From Atractiella rhizophila (taxonomy: Eukaryota): a stretch of 51,532 bases of DNA. The translations under genes were made by a program, and so were the position numbers. How positions within the stretch are numbered: position 1 is the first letter of the stretch; each line of letters begins with the position of its first letter. The DNA lies in the NCBI GenBank assembly GCA_021432655.1, contig MU271188.1:1-51532 (forward strand), given 5' to 3'. The notes under the pieces are model-generated. The model made no database searches and was not told the DNA's origin. It saw only the letters and a list, made by a program, of their open reading frames with translations. This document shows, in pieces, positions 12,511 through 25,300 of this stretch.

Positions 12511-14672
12511 ATGTCCATGAGATTGCAGGATGTGTGGAAGTGTACGCCGTATATCTTTTGATTGTGGGCGAAACTTGACGCGATCCGAATGTCTAGCTTA
12601 CTCCCCTCTGGAAAGGCGGAATCTGTGTGTTAAAACACCAAGCTCAACAAAATGTTGGAGCTGAGACACGTTTTTGGTGCAGTATGATTTACATCGCTGG
12701 GATTATGTTCTACAAAGTCGGGCTGGAAGTACGTTAGCCCCTTCCTCTCATCCCCAATAGATGTGTCGAAACTGAGAGACAATAGTTTTTTAACGGTAGC
12801 ATCACGACTCTTGCCACCGACCGTTTCACAGCTGCAAATACGTTCACCAAGCTCGGTGCTGCTCAAGGGGTGAACCAAGCCGCTTGTGTCGGCTCCATCC
12901 TCGTCTCTCCGACTCTTCCCAACGCGCACTGTCCTTGCTTCCTCTGTCGTTCTTTTCGCTTTCATGGCCGTTACTGCTTGTCATCGATGCTGCTACTGGT
13001 GGAAAAGTGAAGAAAGATGGGATGGTTCGGTATGGAGATTGGGATCCCAACTTGCTCTTTTTCATTTGGACCGTCGCCGGCGTGGGATACGGAGCAGTGG
13101 AGTTAATCAGAAGGATTATACCTTGCGACATCGTTGGTGGCCACATTGGGAAACTGAGAAGAATGGACGCTCTGGTCCATGTTTTCTACGAGGTATCGGG
13201 ACTTTTGCAGCTTTCGCTTCGAGCACCGCAATATCGCACTTCGGGAACAACTACTCCTTCTTTATCACCCCTCCTTGCTTCGTATGTCGTCCTATCACTC
13301 CTGATGCTAGTCTGACCAGAGCGGATAGGTACTAGCAGGCGTCATCTGGTTCTTCGTGTCCCATTCCACACCTCTAAATGCAGCTTTGGCAGAGGAAGAG
13401 AAAGACGATCGCAGACGGCGATTTGCATATTTTGGCGCTCTAAGGCAAGCGACGGTTGGGTTTGGCGAGAGTATATGGGTCGGTGCAACATTGATATTCA
13501 CAAAACGACGGTTTATATGCTCGTATTCGCTCTTTTGGGCCGCCCACACTTGTTTGATACTCAATAATAGGGTTAATGCCTGGCTACGCGCTCGCTCTTT
13601 ACCTCCATCGATTCCTGGAGTCTACTTTGGGACCAGCATTCGCTAAAAGGGAACTGAATAACTCAGCATGGTCGCAGATTATTACTGGAGGCATGTTCTC
13701 ACACCTCATGTCAAGAGACGACACTGAGTGGGCTTGACAGGCTCGAATTTTGGCGAGCTATTGGGTGCAGCTTCCGTCTTCTTCCTTTCCGACTATGTCA
13801 CGACTCCCATCCCGTGGCTGAGGATTGACGCGTTGATGCTAAATATTGTGTGGATTCTTCCTCACTTTGCTATCATCTCTACGCCAGGTCATGTAGTCTG
13901 GGCTTGGAGGTTTGTTCCTTCCCTCAAGCCAACTAAATATATTAGCTGACCCAACTGAAAGGGCGGCTGCTTGTTTTATTCCCATTTCGTATGGTTGGGC
14001 GGCTGGGGACGTCAGTTTGGCTGCATACGTGCAAGCCTCATTGTCTCCTGGAGTGTACAGTCAGTTATCTTCCTCAACTCTCCCTCACCCCCCTCCATTC
14101 TTATGATGGTCATGTAGGCGAGAAATATCCCTCTGTTTCCGCGCTTGGTGCTGTCATGGCTTTTCTTTATTCCACATATGGTGAGGCTGCCATTTCATTT
14201 CAACGGGCCGGACTCACGGTCTTGTATCAGTTGTTTTGATAGCAATTTTCGCTTCGGTTCTTGGAAAAATCATCGATAACGACTTCCTGCAACACCACAA
14301 TATCGAAGACTCCCTCCGACGTGTTGGAGGGTGAGCCGTCATTTCAGTGTCACACTTATTCAGATTCTAACTCTGTGCGAATTCAGGATTCAATTTTCAG
14401 TTTGTTGTGGTATCATCCTTCTATCTACGTTCATACCAAAAGGAGCTTTCTCTCTCAATCCGCGCCAAATCGAAGGAGTCAACAATAATACGGGAGAGGC
14501 GGATGATGATGGATTCATGGATATCCCAAATCACAACTCCACTTACATCACCATGCCAGAACCGGTGCACAGGAAGTCGACGTTCTCGAATCTCGAATCA
14601 ATACCTGAGGGTCAGGAAGTGCCATTGCCGTTGGAAGTTATGGAAATCAAGCTCGAATCGGGGAATCGTTGA
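12511..14672 (+). pseudogene. Multi-pass MFS-like membrane protein with three frameshifting lesions
   Basis: Spliced start MSMRLQDVWKS/YSPLERRNL/MIYIAGIMFYKVGLE/FFNGSITTLATDRF...GVNQAA. The coherent protein then changes frame at ~12911, ~12967 and ~13200 (CVGSILVSP | LFPTRTVLASSVVLFAFM | LLLVIDAATGG...VELIRRIIPCDIVGG...VFYEVSG | TFAAFASSTAISHFGNNYSF). Later exons (GSNFGELLGAASVFFL, PISYGWAAGDVSLAAYVQASL) are clean. Confidence 0.7.
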
Positions 14673-14827
14673 TGGATGTTTGTTGTGCTCTGTTGTCCTT
14701 ATTCGCCATTTCTTGATTGTGTGTACTTTAGCTTAGATCGGATAGATATCACTTGTCCCACTGTTCGCAATATCAATCAAAACATTGTCCACTTAATGTC
14801 CTTCAATACCATTCTGCTCGTCGTTTC

Positions 14828-15448
14828 TCACAATTTCATCTTGTCATCCTCTGAGGACGATGAGAAGGCTCCCCTTGATCCAATTTCGCCCTGCTCGCAA
14901 GCCGCTTCAAAATCTCGCTGACAATCGACGCTGAGCTTCCAAAAAATGTCCAACAAATCCTCGTCGTCAGATGTTTCCTCTGAATCGTCTGAGCGCCTCC
15001 CTGTCCCGAATTCTAGTTGTCTTCCCAGCACCCTTTCTGTATCTCAACCAAAATCAATCAGCCCTTTGTACTTCCTTTGTTGTCGAAGCCGGGGCAGCCT
15101 ACCGCATTTTGTTTTTACTATCAACAGGCTCCTGATTTTTTTATGCACCCATTCCTGGCTAGGTCGAGGCCCTTTCCACTCGGATCTTGATGCTTCTGCA
15201 TCCTCTATGAAAAAGTAGATGGCTTCAGCAATGATGGCACTGGTGTCGTAGTCTTTGAGCTTGTCATACAGTATGTGAAGTTTGAGCATAGAAAAAGCGA
15301 TAATCCAAGACGTGTGAAGCTCATTAGCATGATAATTGATTGTGGTCGTGATCCGATTCAGGGTATCATACGAGAAGCTATCTTTCGTTGCGACGAGGTC
15401 AGAATAGAGAGCATGACAGGCACGGTGTGATATCTGGCAGGACGACAT
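14828..15448 (-). pseudogene. Hypothetical protein, one reading frame interrupted by a single TGA
   Basis: ORFs 15044-15448 and 14828-15031 share a frame, separated by TGA at 15044-15046 (KGLIDFG*DTERVLGRQ). No recognisable domain. Confidence 0.3.
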
Positions 15449-15601
15449 GGATGTCTCGATGGGAACATCCGATGAAGGATTACCTGCAAGTCGTTGTCAT
15501 TTGGAGGAAAGAAAGGAGAAGGAGCGCGACAAATGCGTATTGGATCAGGTGACTGAACTTTAGTTACAAGGTACAATGATGAAGGTAAAAATATATCTAC
15601 T

Positions 15602-16646
15602 TCACATTAGGCTGCCGTCGCCAGCTCCATCTTGTCGTTTGACCTCTTCTGGTCGTTCCCAGCTCTGAGGAGGCTTCCCTCTACCTGCACGTTCCTGATT
15701 TTCATCCTCCAAGAGCCAAGCGGGCTTCCAGCCTTTGACTGTGTGATCGCACGTTTCTTCCCTCAGCATAGGGTTGGGGAAGGTATTGAAAGTGGAGCCG
15801 AGGGACGTGTATCTGTATCCTCCATTTCAAATACTTTCAAAGAGAGGAAGGTCGACGCACCCGTAATCGTAGAGGTTGCACCAACCAATTCCCTGTTGAT
15901 AAGGTGGCTGTTGTGGACCCTCTGGTGCCAAATCAGATGCACGCAAAAAGTCCCAAATGTTTCTATAACTCCAATCGAGGATGGGATGCACCCTCATAAT
16001 GCGAGGCCAATCGCCATCCGTTTCCTTGAACGCTTCAAGATCTCGTCCATTGGGATCTGTACGACGCGTTCCAATGACAATAGCTCTGATACTTGAGCTC
16101 GTGGGAAACGAGAGGTACTGTGAGAGAGCTGATTTGAGATCAGAAGTGATCGTCCGTAGGGAAAGTGAATATCGCGTTATGCTGTAGTGTACGAACTCTT
16201 CGACTTGAGGGAACGGAGCGGGACATTGGACGTAGAGCGATGGTATGCAGTATGCCGAGGTTGAGGTCTGGTGTATGCGATGCAATATCGCGGCAAAGAT
16301 GTGGACGAGCACGGTACCTTTGTAGGTATCAACATTTGAGCTTTGGCAAGACGAAGGAGCAAAATACCAACAATCCTTCCCTCCATTAAAGCTCAAAGCG
16401 AGTGACTCTGCTCTGCAGCTTGACCTCAGCTCAGCAACTCCGTACAGCAAAGAACGGACCCGTAGCGTTTTATAGCATCTTCCAATGTCTGAATAGCCTC
16501 CTTTGTCCTCCGTCCAAGCTCATCTTGACGATCGGCGAGCGCATACACTTTCTCACTGTCCTTTGACTCTCTTACTCCCACTCATTCTCCTACTAGGATA
16601 GACAGCACACCTTGACAGTAAACACTGGCACTCTAGCCTGCGCCAT
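15602..16646 (-). CDS. FAD1: FAD synthetase (FMN adenylyltransferase, PAPS-reductase fold), intact copy
   Basis: LALSFNGGKDC/TVLVH, IVIGTRRTDP, TDGDWPRIMRVHPILDWSYRNIWDFLR, WCNLYDYG/YTSLGSTFNTFPNPML...KPAWLLEDENQERAGR; stop at 15602. Confidence 0.93.
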
Positions 16647-17418
16647 TGTCATCAACTAAGCCTGATTAACTCTACTGCTACAACTTCTAGATTGTACAAG
16701 TCACAGCCAAAGATGGTGACAAATTTGTGGACAGCATAGGACAGTAGGACAGCGGGCGGAAACAAGGTGCGACTCAAATTCAAAACCAATGTCATGTCTG
16801 GCTGCAACTTCCTTCGTCCCCTGTTTCTTCGATTGCGTTCTGAGCCCTATGTCATATCTGTTCTTTATCTTTAACTATACAAGCTGATGCAAGCATGTCG
16901 ATGCGTGGACAGTTGATTCAGGGGCCTTGAATCGCGCTAGCTTCCCCAGCTCTTTGCCAATCCAAAGAAGTTCTATCTCCCCACAAAGTTCTGGGAAACT
17001 CGCAACGCAAATCAGCCTGGGGTTTCTGAGCCTGAAAGCTTGACGGTATTCGGTTCCTCGTCGAAGTCCATTGAAAACCATCGGTCATCTATCATTCGAC
17101 CGGAAGAACAAGGCTTGTGGAGTCTTGTTGGTAAGAAGGGGCAATTGAGCAATCTACATGTGTTTCCTGCTTCTCCCGCATGGTATTCTCATAAAAACAG
17201 TTGTCTGCTCCTCTGCATATCAACTTTGAAGAAAGCACCATTATCTTTGCGAAGTCTGTCCGCATGAGTCACTGAAAAGAATATCTAGTTTTGAACAAGC
17301 AAGCAACTAAGGTTCTTATCTTTCCCTTCTTACCCAACATTTACGTCGCTTCTGCAATTTTTCATTTTTCTCACCACTCTTCAAGAAAACATCTAAAAGT
17401 ACGCTGTAGGCACTCAAA

Positions 17419-17804
17419 ATGATGCGACCAGCCATGCGTCGGGCTCCAGGTTTGTGTCCCGCTTCGTTTCGTCATAGAAATAAGAAAGTTGGGCAGTTCG
17501 ACACCTCCCCTTCCGCCCTGCAGCTCTAGCATATCCCCTCCGTCATTCCGTCACACGCTCCTTCTACGCTTCACCGCTCCGTTTAGCTGACGTTCAACCG
17601 ACTCCTCCTACACCCCAGCCTACGCCCGTTGCCGCTGCTCCACAGCCAGCTGCGACAGTCGCTTCAACAGCTCCACCACAGCCGAAGAAGAAGAAACATC
17701 GACTCCGTACTTTCGCGCGTTCGGTGCTCGTCCTGATAGTTGGAAGCTTTAGCTATATCGTCTATCAATCGTACAAGGCCCGACATCCGCCGAACCAGCT
17801 TCCA
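17419..17804 (+). pseudogene. 5' fragment of the type II NADH dehydrogenase gene created by duplication 1
   Basis: Same ATG, first intron and second exon as 19401-19786, but it stops after ARHPPNQLP and runs into FAD1 antisense sequence. Confidence 0.9.
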
Positions 17805-18628
17805 CATTTCAAATACTTTCAAAGAGAGGAAGGTCGACGCACCCGTAATCGTAGAGGTTGCACCAACCAATTCCCTGTTGATAAGGTGGCTGTTGTGGAC
17901 CCTCTGGTGCCAAATCAGATGCACGCAAAAAGTCCCAAATGTTTCTATAACTCCAATCGAGGATGGGATGCACCCTCATAATGCGAGGCCAATCACCATC
18001 CGTTTCCTTGAACGCTTCAAGATCTCGTCCATTGGGATCTGTACGACGCGTTCCAATGACAATAGCTCTGATACTTGAGCTCGTGGGAAACGAGAGGTAC
18101 TGTGAGAGAGCTGATTTGAGATCAGAAGTGATCGTCCGTAGGGAAAGTGAATATCGCGTTATGCTGTAGTGTACGAACTCTTCGACTTGAGGGAACGGAG
18201 CGGGACATTGGACGTAGAGCGATGGTATGCAATATGCCGAAGTTGAGGTCCGGTGTATGCGATGCAATATTGCGGCGAAGATGTGGACGAGCACGGTACC
18301 TTTGTAGGTATCAACATTTGAGCTTCGGCAAGACGAAGGAGCAAAATACCAACAATCCTTCCCTCCATTAAAGCTCAAAGCGAGTGACTCTGCTCTACAG
18401 CTTGACCTCAGCTCAGCAACTCCGTACAGCAAAGAACGGACCCGTAGCGTTTTATAGCATCTTCCAATGTCTGAATAGCCTCCTTTGTCCTCCGTCCAAG
18501 CTCATCTTGACGCTCGGCGAGCGCATACACTTTCTCACTGTCCTTTGACTCTCTTACTCCCACTCATTCTCCTACTAGGATAGACAGCACACCTTGACAG
18601 TAAACACTGGCACTCTAGCCTGCGCCAT
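17805..18628 (-). pseudogene. 3'-truncated FAD synthetase copy lacking the last exon
   Basis: Near-identical to 15823-16646. It is broken inside the last intron, so the YTSLG...ERAGR exon is missing. Confidence 0.9.
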
Positions 18629-19400
18629 TGTCATCAACTAAGCCTGATTAACTCTACTGCTACAACTTCTAGATTGTACAAGTCACAGCCAAAGATGGTG
18701 ACAAATTTGTGGACAGCATAGGACAGTAGGACAGCGGGCGGAAACAAGGTGCGACTCAAATTCAAAACCAATGTCATGTCTGGCTGCAACTTCCTTCGTC
18801 CCCTGTTTCTTCGATTGCGTTCTGAGCCCTATGTCATATCTGTTCTTTATCTTTAACTATACAAGCTGATGCAAGCATGTCGATGCGTGGACAGTTGATT
18901 CAGGGGCCTTGAATCGCGCTAGCTTCCCCAGCTCTTTGCCAATCCAAAGAAGTTCTATCTCCCCACAAAGTTCTGGGAAACTCGCAACGCAAATCAGCCT
19001 GGGGTTTCTGAGCCTGAAAGCTTGACGGTATTCGGTTCCTCGTCGAAGTCCATTGAAAACCATCGGTCATCTATCATTCGACCGGAAGAACAAGGCTTGT
19101 GGAGTCTTGTTGGTAAGAAGGGGCAATTGAGCAATCTACATGTGTTTCCTGCTTCTCCCGCATGGTATTCTCATAAAAACAGTTGTCTGCTCCTCTGCAT
19201 ATCAACTTTGAAGAAAGCACCATTATCTTTGCGAAGTCTGTCCGCATGAGTCACTGAAAAGAATATCTAGTTTTGAACAAGCAAGCAACTAAGGTTCTTA
19301 TCTTTCCCTTCTTACCCAACATTTACGTCGCTTCTGCAATTTTTCATTTTTCTCACCACTCTTCAAGAAAACATCTAAAAGTACGCTGTAGGCACTCAAA
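18629..19400. promoter_or_regulatory. Divergent (bidirectional) intergenic region between FAD1 and NDE1; second copy at 16647-17418
   Basis: Head-to-head ATGs at 18628(-) and 19401(+). Promoter function is inferred from position only. Confidence 0.6.
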
Positions 19401-21659
19401 ATGATGCGACCAGCCATGCGTCGGGCTCCAGGTTTGTGTCCCGCTTCGTTTCGTCATAGAAATAAGAAAGTTGGGCAGTTCGACACCTCCCCTTCCGCCC
19501 TGCAGCTCTAGCATATCCCCTCCGTCATTCCGTCACACGCTCCTTCTACGCTTCACCGCTCCGTTTAGCTGACGTTCAACCGACTCCTCCTACACCCCAG
19601 CCTACGCCCGTTGCCGCTGCTCCACAGCCAGCTGCGACAGTCGCTTCGACAGCTCCTCCACAGCCGAAGAAGAAGAAACATCGACTCCGTACTTTCGCGC
19701 GTTCGGTGCTCGTCCTCATCGTTGGAAGCTTTAGTTATATCGTCTACCAATCGTACAAGGCCCGACATCCGCCGAACCAGCTCCCCTTCGATCCTAGTTT
19801 GCCTACCATTGTTGTGCTCGGAAACGGATGGGGAGCTACGAGCTTCTTGAAGAAGTTGGATAATGAGGGGTACAATGTGGTTGTCGTCTCTCCACGAAAT
19901 TACTTTACCTTTACTCCTCTACTGGTGAGTTGTTCCCACCAAGTGGAAAGGAGCGGAGGTTGAATGTCGTCGGGTTAGCCCAGCGTGACTGTCGGCACAC
20001 TGGACTTCCGTTCCATCGTCGAGCCGACCAGGTTCATAACACGACACATGAAGCGAGAGGTGCTTTTCCTCGAAGCTGAAGCCTCGGATATCGACCCCAT
20101 AAATAAGACAGTCACTGCGAGAGGTGAGTTCTTTCATAATGTATGTGACGCAATGAGCTGATAAAGGGAGCTTTAGACAACAGTGAGATTAAAGGGGCCA
20201 TTCACGATTCTACACTCAAATACGACTACTTGTTGTATGCCGTAGGAGCAGAGAACAACACTTTCGGTTCGTCCTCTGTCCTCCCTGCTTCTTATGGGAA
20301 ACGTCATTCATTAATTAACGTGCTGTGGGGCTGGATGCGATTACAGGTATTCCTGGCGTGCGAGAGCATGGCTGTTTCCTGAAGGAAGTTTCGGACGCAG
20401 AGAAGATTCGAACGAGGATGATGGATTGTGTGGAGAGCGCGTCTTTCGCTGGACAGCCGGAGGATGAAGTCAATAGGCTGCTGCACATGGTCGTCGTTGG
20501 TGGTGGCCCGACAGGTGTGGAGTATGCTGGAGAATTGTACGATTTCTTGACGGAGGATCTGGTCCATTGGTACCCTGGTATGTCTTCTTCCGTTTATCTA
20601 TTTCGTTTGTGGAAATAGTGATAAATGGTTTGGTAGGACATGCCGACAAGATCAAAATCACACTCATTGAAGCGCTACCTAATGTGCTGCCGATGTTCTC
20701 AAAGCATCTCATGTCCGTCTTCCTCCCTTCACTTACCGGTTGCGAGCTCAGCTTAAAGCGTGGGATAGTGAATACGCTACCTCAACCTTCAAAGAGCAAA
20801 ACATCGAAGTCCTCACACGAACCATGGTGAAGGAAGTGAATGATCGCACGATCATTGCCCTGAACGAGAAGAAAGAGAAGGTCGAAATTCCTTACGGACT
20901 TCTCGTTTGGTACATTATCTCTTCCCATTAATCCTTCAAGGCTGAAGAATTTCTGTGATGCAGGGCGACAGGCAATGCCACGCGACCGCTAACGAAAGAT
21001 CTGATCCAGAAAATCAACGCCAATGCTGGGAGCGATGTGCAGAAGGAGCGGCGCGGTCTGGTAGTCGATGAATTCCTCCGCGTCGTCGGTGCAGAGGACA
21101 TCTATGCCTTTGGAGACGCATCTGCCACTCCCTACGCAGCGACTGCACAAGCGGCCTCCCAGCAAGGGAAGTATCTAGCGAGGATGTTTGGACAGATGCA
21201 CAAGGCGAAAGTCCTCGAGGCTGCCTTGGAGGCTGCAAGGACGGGAGGAGCAGGAGATAAGGTGGAAGGACTGAGCAATTCGTTGAAAAAGGCGAGGAAT
21301 GTTAAACCTTTCCATTATTCACATGCTGGTTCCCTCGCCTATATTGGAGGAGATAAGGCGATCGCCGACCTGCCATTCATGCAAGGCAATCTCGCAACGG
21401 GAGGTGCGTCCCTTGGTCTATTTGCTAGTGCGAATACATCTGATTGAGGTCATCGTGTTTTGTGTGAAAAGGTCTGGGAACGATGATCTTTTGGAGGAGC
21501 GCCTACATTTCGGAATTGTTCAGCTTGAGAAACCGCGTGTTGGTCATTGCGGACTGGGTGAAGGTCAAGATTTTGGGACGGTGTGTTTCTTCTCTATCCA
21601 ACCAATCCTGCTGTGCTGATTCGAAACTCGAACCAAATAGGGATGTGTCACGGGAGTAA
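19401..21659 (+). CDS. NDE1: Mitochondrial type II (rotenone-insensitive) NADH dehydrogenase, NDE1-like, intact copy
   Basis: [79 protein letters not shown]...[62 protein letters not shown]. Confidence 0.93.
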
Positions 21660-22304
21660 CTCCTCCAACTCCTCCTTGGTGAGGAGCGCATAGACTTTAG
21701 TTTAAGTGCGGTACCGATTTGGTGAGGAATAGACGTTCGTTGTTCGTTTGATTTGTGCACACAAGAGATTCAACATGTTGCTAATTCGACCAATGTGCAT
21801 AATATTAATATTGAACGATACCGTGCAGTGCCTAGCGCGTGATGATGCTGGAAAATGAGAGCAATCCAGAAATGGGAGCACATGCACACTCCAACCGAGC
21901 TCCACGGCAGCTCCGCTTCGAATCCTCAATTCTGCCGCTTCTGAACCGAAACCCCATCGTGTCAACGACGATCGAGTCCCTCCTTCTGAACCAGCCTCAC
22001 CCACACCAAGCGTCTTCGGCTGGCCATTAAGAGCCAGTTTGCAGCTAGACTGAGTCTTAAACGCAACTTGAACTCGACGGTGGAGATCTCAGTTTTCTGA
22101 CTACTTGGGCGTTGGACCTCGACTTTTCTCTTGCATTAGCGTTGCTCTTGACACGACCAGATTCGAGACGGCCGTGGGATTGGGCGTAATATAAGAGAAA
22201 TGTCGCTCAACGGATTCTCCGGTGTGTCCTCCCCTTCCTATCCTTAATTTCTACATTTCATTATCTTTATTTCTCACTTCGGTGGTGCTTATTCGCTTTG
22301 TGTC

Positions 22305-25300
22305 ATGGGGTTGGGTTTCAAAGAGCCAAAATACGTATCGCCCTACTCCGCCTCATCCCTTCTCTCCCTCTCCCGTCCCGCCACCTCTTCCTCCCCTTCA
22401 CTCCAGAGCGGAAGCCTCCAGCTCAAATCGTCGTCGACAAGCCTCCACTCCTTGAACCTCTTTCTCGACGAACTCCTCCACCTCTTCGTCTACTCATCCC
22501 TCTCCTCCACTTCCTCCCCGTCATCCACCATCCCCGGTGGCGCAATCTTGGCCCTCACCACCGACCGGTTCAAGACAGCTGGCGTCCTCAAAGTGCTCCA
22601 ATCCAACCCGCTCGCCAAATCAGCAGTGCTCGAAGCCGAACTGGCTATACGTGAATACGTCCGTATAGCGGGAAGAGGCTCGAATTCGCCTGTACGGACC
22701 GATGCTGCGTTGATGAAGAATCCCTCCCCTTCATCGTCCTTACCTCCCCTCTCATCTTCGTCTTCCTCCGGCGGACTCAAGCCCGAAACGGTTTTCCTGC
22801 AGCTCAGGGAATGGGTGGAGGCTATTTGTGGACTTGGGAATGGTGCCGCGAGGGGAGAGGTGCCTGGATTGGGAGGCGGGAATGGGAGCAGAGAGCAACT
22901 CAGTTTGATGGGAGAAGGAGGCGTGGGTGTGGGAGTTTGGAGTCCGAGTCCGATTCAGGGACTGGTGAAGGACGAATTCAGACTGCTGAGGAAGGTGAGG
23001 GAGGGCATCGTTGCCAAGGCTGGAGATGACGGAGAATGTGTCACTCCCGCCTTGGCCATCTATGCGGAAAGAATAGTGTCCGTCGTCGGTGCGTTTTCTT
23101 ACCAGCACTGTGCATTCCTTGTCGCTCTTTTAACATGATGGATAGCCGAATATGTCCTTCGACGCACCGGGAGGGTGTTGGAGCGTGAGCACCCGGGAAG
23201 AATGGTGGCGGGTCTGAAGGAACTGTGGGAGGGCATGTTGGAGGAGGAGGAAGGCGGAGCTCCGGGTGGGGTGGAGCAGGTTTTGGGAGGAATGGTGAGT
23301 TTTTCTTACGAATGGAGCAGGGAGGTTTCAGTTTTTTGCACTTCAACATTTCACTGGTTGGGTGATGGCCGTGGTCAATGAAGCTGGCGGATAGTTGTCA
23401 TCCATCAGTGGATGTTCCACTCAGTTGTCAGGAACATATGCATCTCTCCTGTCCTTGACGTTCCAAAGGAATAGTGTTTGCCTGTGTAGCCTGCGGCAGG
23501 CTGCCTGAAGGGCAGAGCCCGCGTTCTACAGAAGCAAACGCAGCGGTCTACCGAAAGATGATTCTTCGCTGTCGTAGCTGCGCCGCAACAGCTGTGAATG
23601 GACTGGAATAGAACGATGGAATAGAATTGAAGAGATGGAGAATGACCCCTCTGGCACCGCTGGAATGGCTCATTCATCTCCTTCATTTGGTCCCGTCTTC
23701 CCCTCCCGCTCTTACTCCTTCTCCCTGCAATCTTCTCAATTGTGTTTGGTATTTTGGTGTGGGTGAGGTGGAACCGAGCTGTTGAATGCGCGGAGATGGG
23801 GGTTGTAGAAGACTGAAGGTTCTGTCACGTCAGTCGTTGCAGAAGCAGCATTTCTGTGGAGGACATCATGGGACAATCACGTTCGTTTTCCCGTCTGTGG
23901 TGTGCAGTCTGTGGCTCCTCTGCACAATTGCAATATTTCGCGTGTAGATTTGTCGTGCTTGTTTGTCACTGCGCTCCAGAAGAGTGGAATAAACATGGGA
24001 GAGAGAGAAAGCTCCATTGGACGGATGTGTGCTCGTAAGATGGCACAGTCGGCACTCTCTTGAAATGTTTTGCTTCGTTTCTACATTTCTGCATGTGTGT
24101 GAATGGTCCGCGCAATAAAGGCCATGGTGCACAAAATCAAGAAAAGTCATTCATAGAAAACTTTTTGATTCTCCATATTCTGTTGCTCTTTCCTCTTTGC
24201 ACCTTCATTGCTTCTGCAAACATTGACAGATAATGCGTTAAAACTTCCACATTGTTCACCTTTATGACAATGCCCGCAGAGATATTCGTGAGCAATTGGT
24301 GTTAATCAGATTGACGTTCCATCTACAATCCAAAGACCGCCGGAGGAAAACTGGAGCGCTCCACTTTCTTGGTCCCGAACAGAGTACTTCGGTCCCTTTG
24401 TTCTTCTCTCAGTACTTCGGTTTACTTAGCTCGCTCTCTTCATCTATCTCCCTTTCTGGTTGCCACCACGATACTGACATGATTATCACTGAACAGCGCG
24501 TCAGACTCTACATGGAGGTAAGTTCTGATTGTTTTCTCTCTCAGGAATATTTCTGAGTACTGTCGCAATTAGCATCAGCTCCAGGCATCTGCTAGTAAAA
24601 GGGGGAAGAAACGAAATACCAACTCAGTCACTTCGTCAGCGAGTCCGAGTTCCACGACACCCTCATCATCCAAATCTCCATCTCTTCTCTCCTCGGCAAC
24701 CGGCAAGTCCTCCCCTTCCATGACCACGAGCCGCAGTGTCAATTCAACAGAAGCTGCAAGACCTTCGACAAGTACTTCCTCTCACACCGTCGTCAGTGGG
24801 AGCAGTCACGGACATCAAGGTATGGTGAGAATGAGCGAAGAGGCGAAAGGTCGGAAAAGGAGTGGAAGCACTCATGGTCACGATATGAGGTCAGGAGTGG
24901 GTGATAGCGAGGGGGAGAAGGAAATCGCTAACTGGATGGACTCTGGTGATAAAGAGGTGCGTTCCCTATATATCTCCCGTTACTGCGGCTGATATTTGAT
25001 TCATCCTCAAGCGAGACGATGCAGACGATGCCGAGTTCGAGAGGCTGATGATGTCGGATTCATCTATCTCCCTTTCTGGTTGCCACCACGATACTGACAT
25101 GATTATCACTGAACAGCGCGTCAGACTCTACATGGAGGTAAGTTCTGATTGTTCTCTGTCCGCTAATATTTCTGAGAAATCACTGTCACAATTAGCATCA
25201 GCTCCAGGCATCTGCTAGTAAAAGGGGGAAGAAACGAAATACTAACTCAGTCACTTCGTCAGCGAGTCCGAGTTCCACGACACCCTCATCATCCAAATCT

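Larger units (their letters stand above)
15823..19786. repeat. Tandem direct duplication 1, period 1982 bp (copies ~15823-17804 and ~17805-19786)
   Basis: ORF pairs are offset by 1982 (15827/17809, 16875/18857). Junction ...ccagcttcca|catttcaaatac at 17804/17805. Confidence 0.95.

Noticed and set aside
23491..23523. CAGG...GAA...AGC hairpin resembling SRP RNA helix 8
   Set aside because: The stem between the internal loop and apex is too long, there is no clean GNRA tetraloop, and I found no Alu-domain motif.
23295..24496. Telomerase RNA or TPP riboswitch in the long intron
   Set aside because: No CTAACCCT-type template on either strand, and no CTGAGA/ATACC/CTGAT TPP core found.
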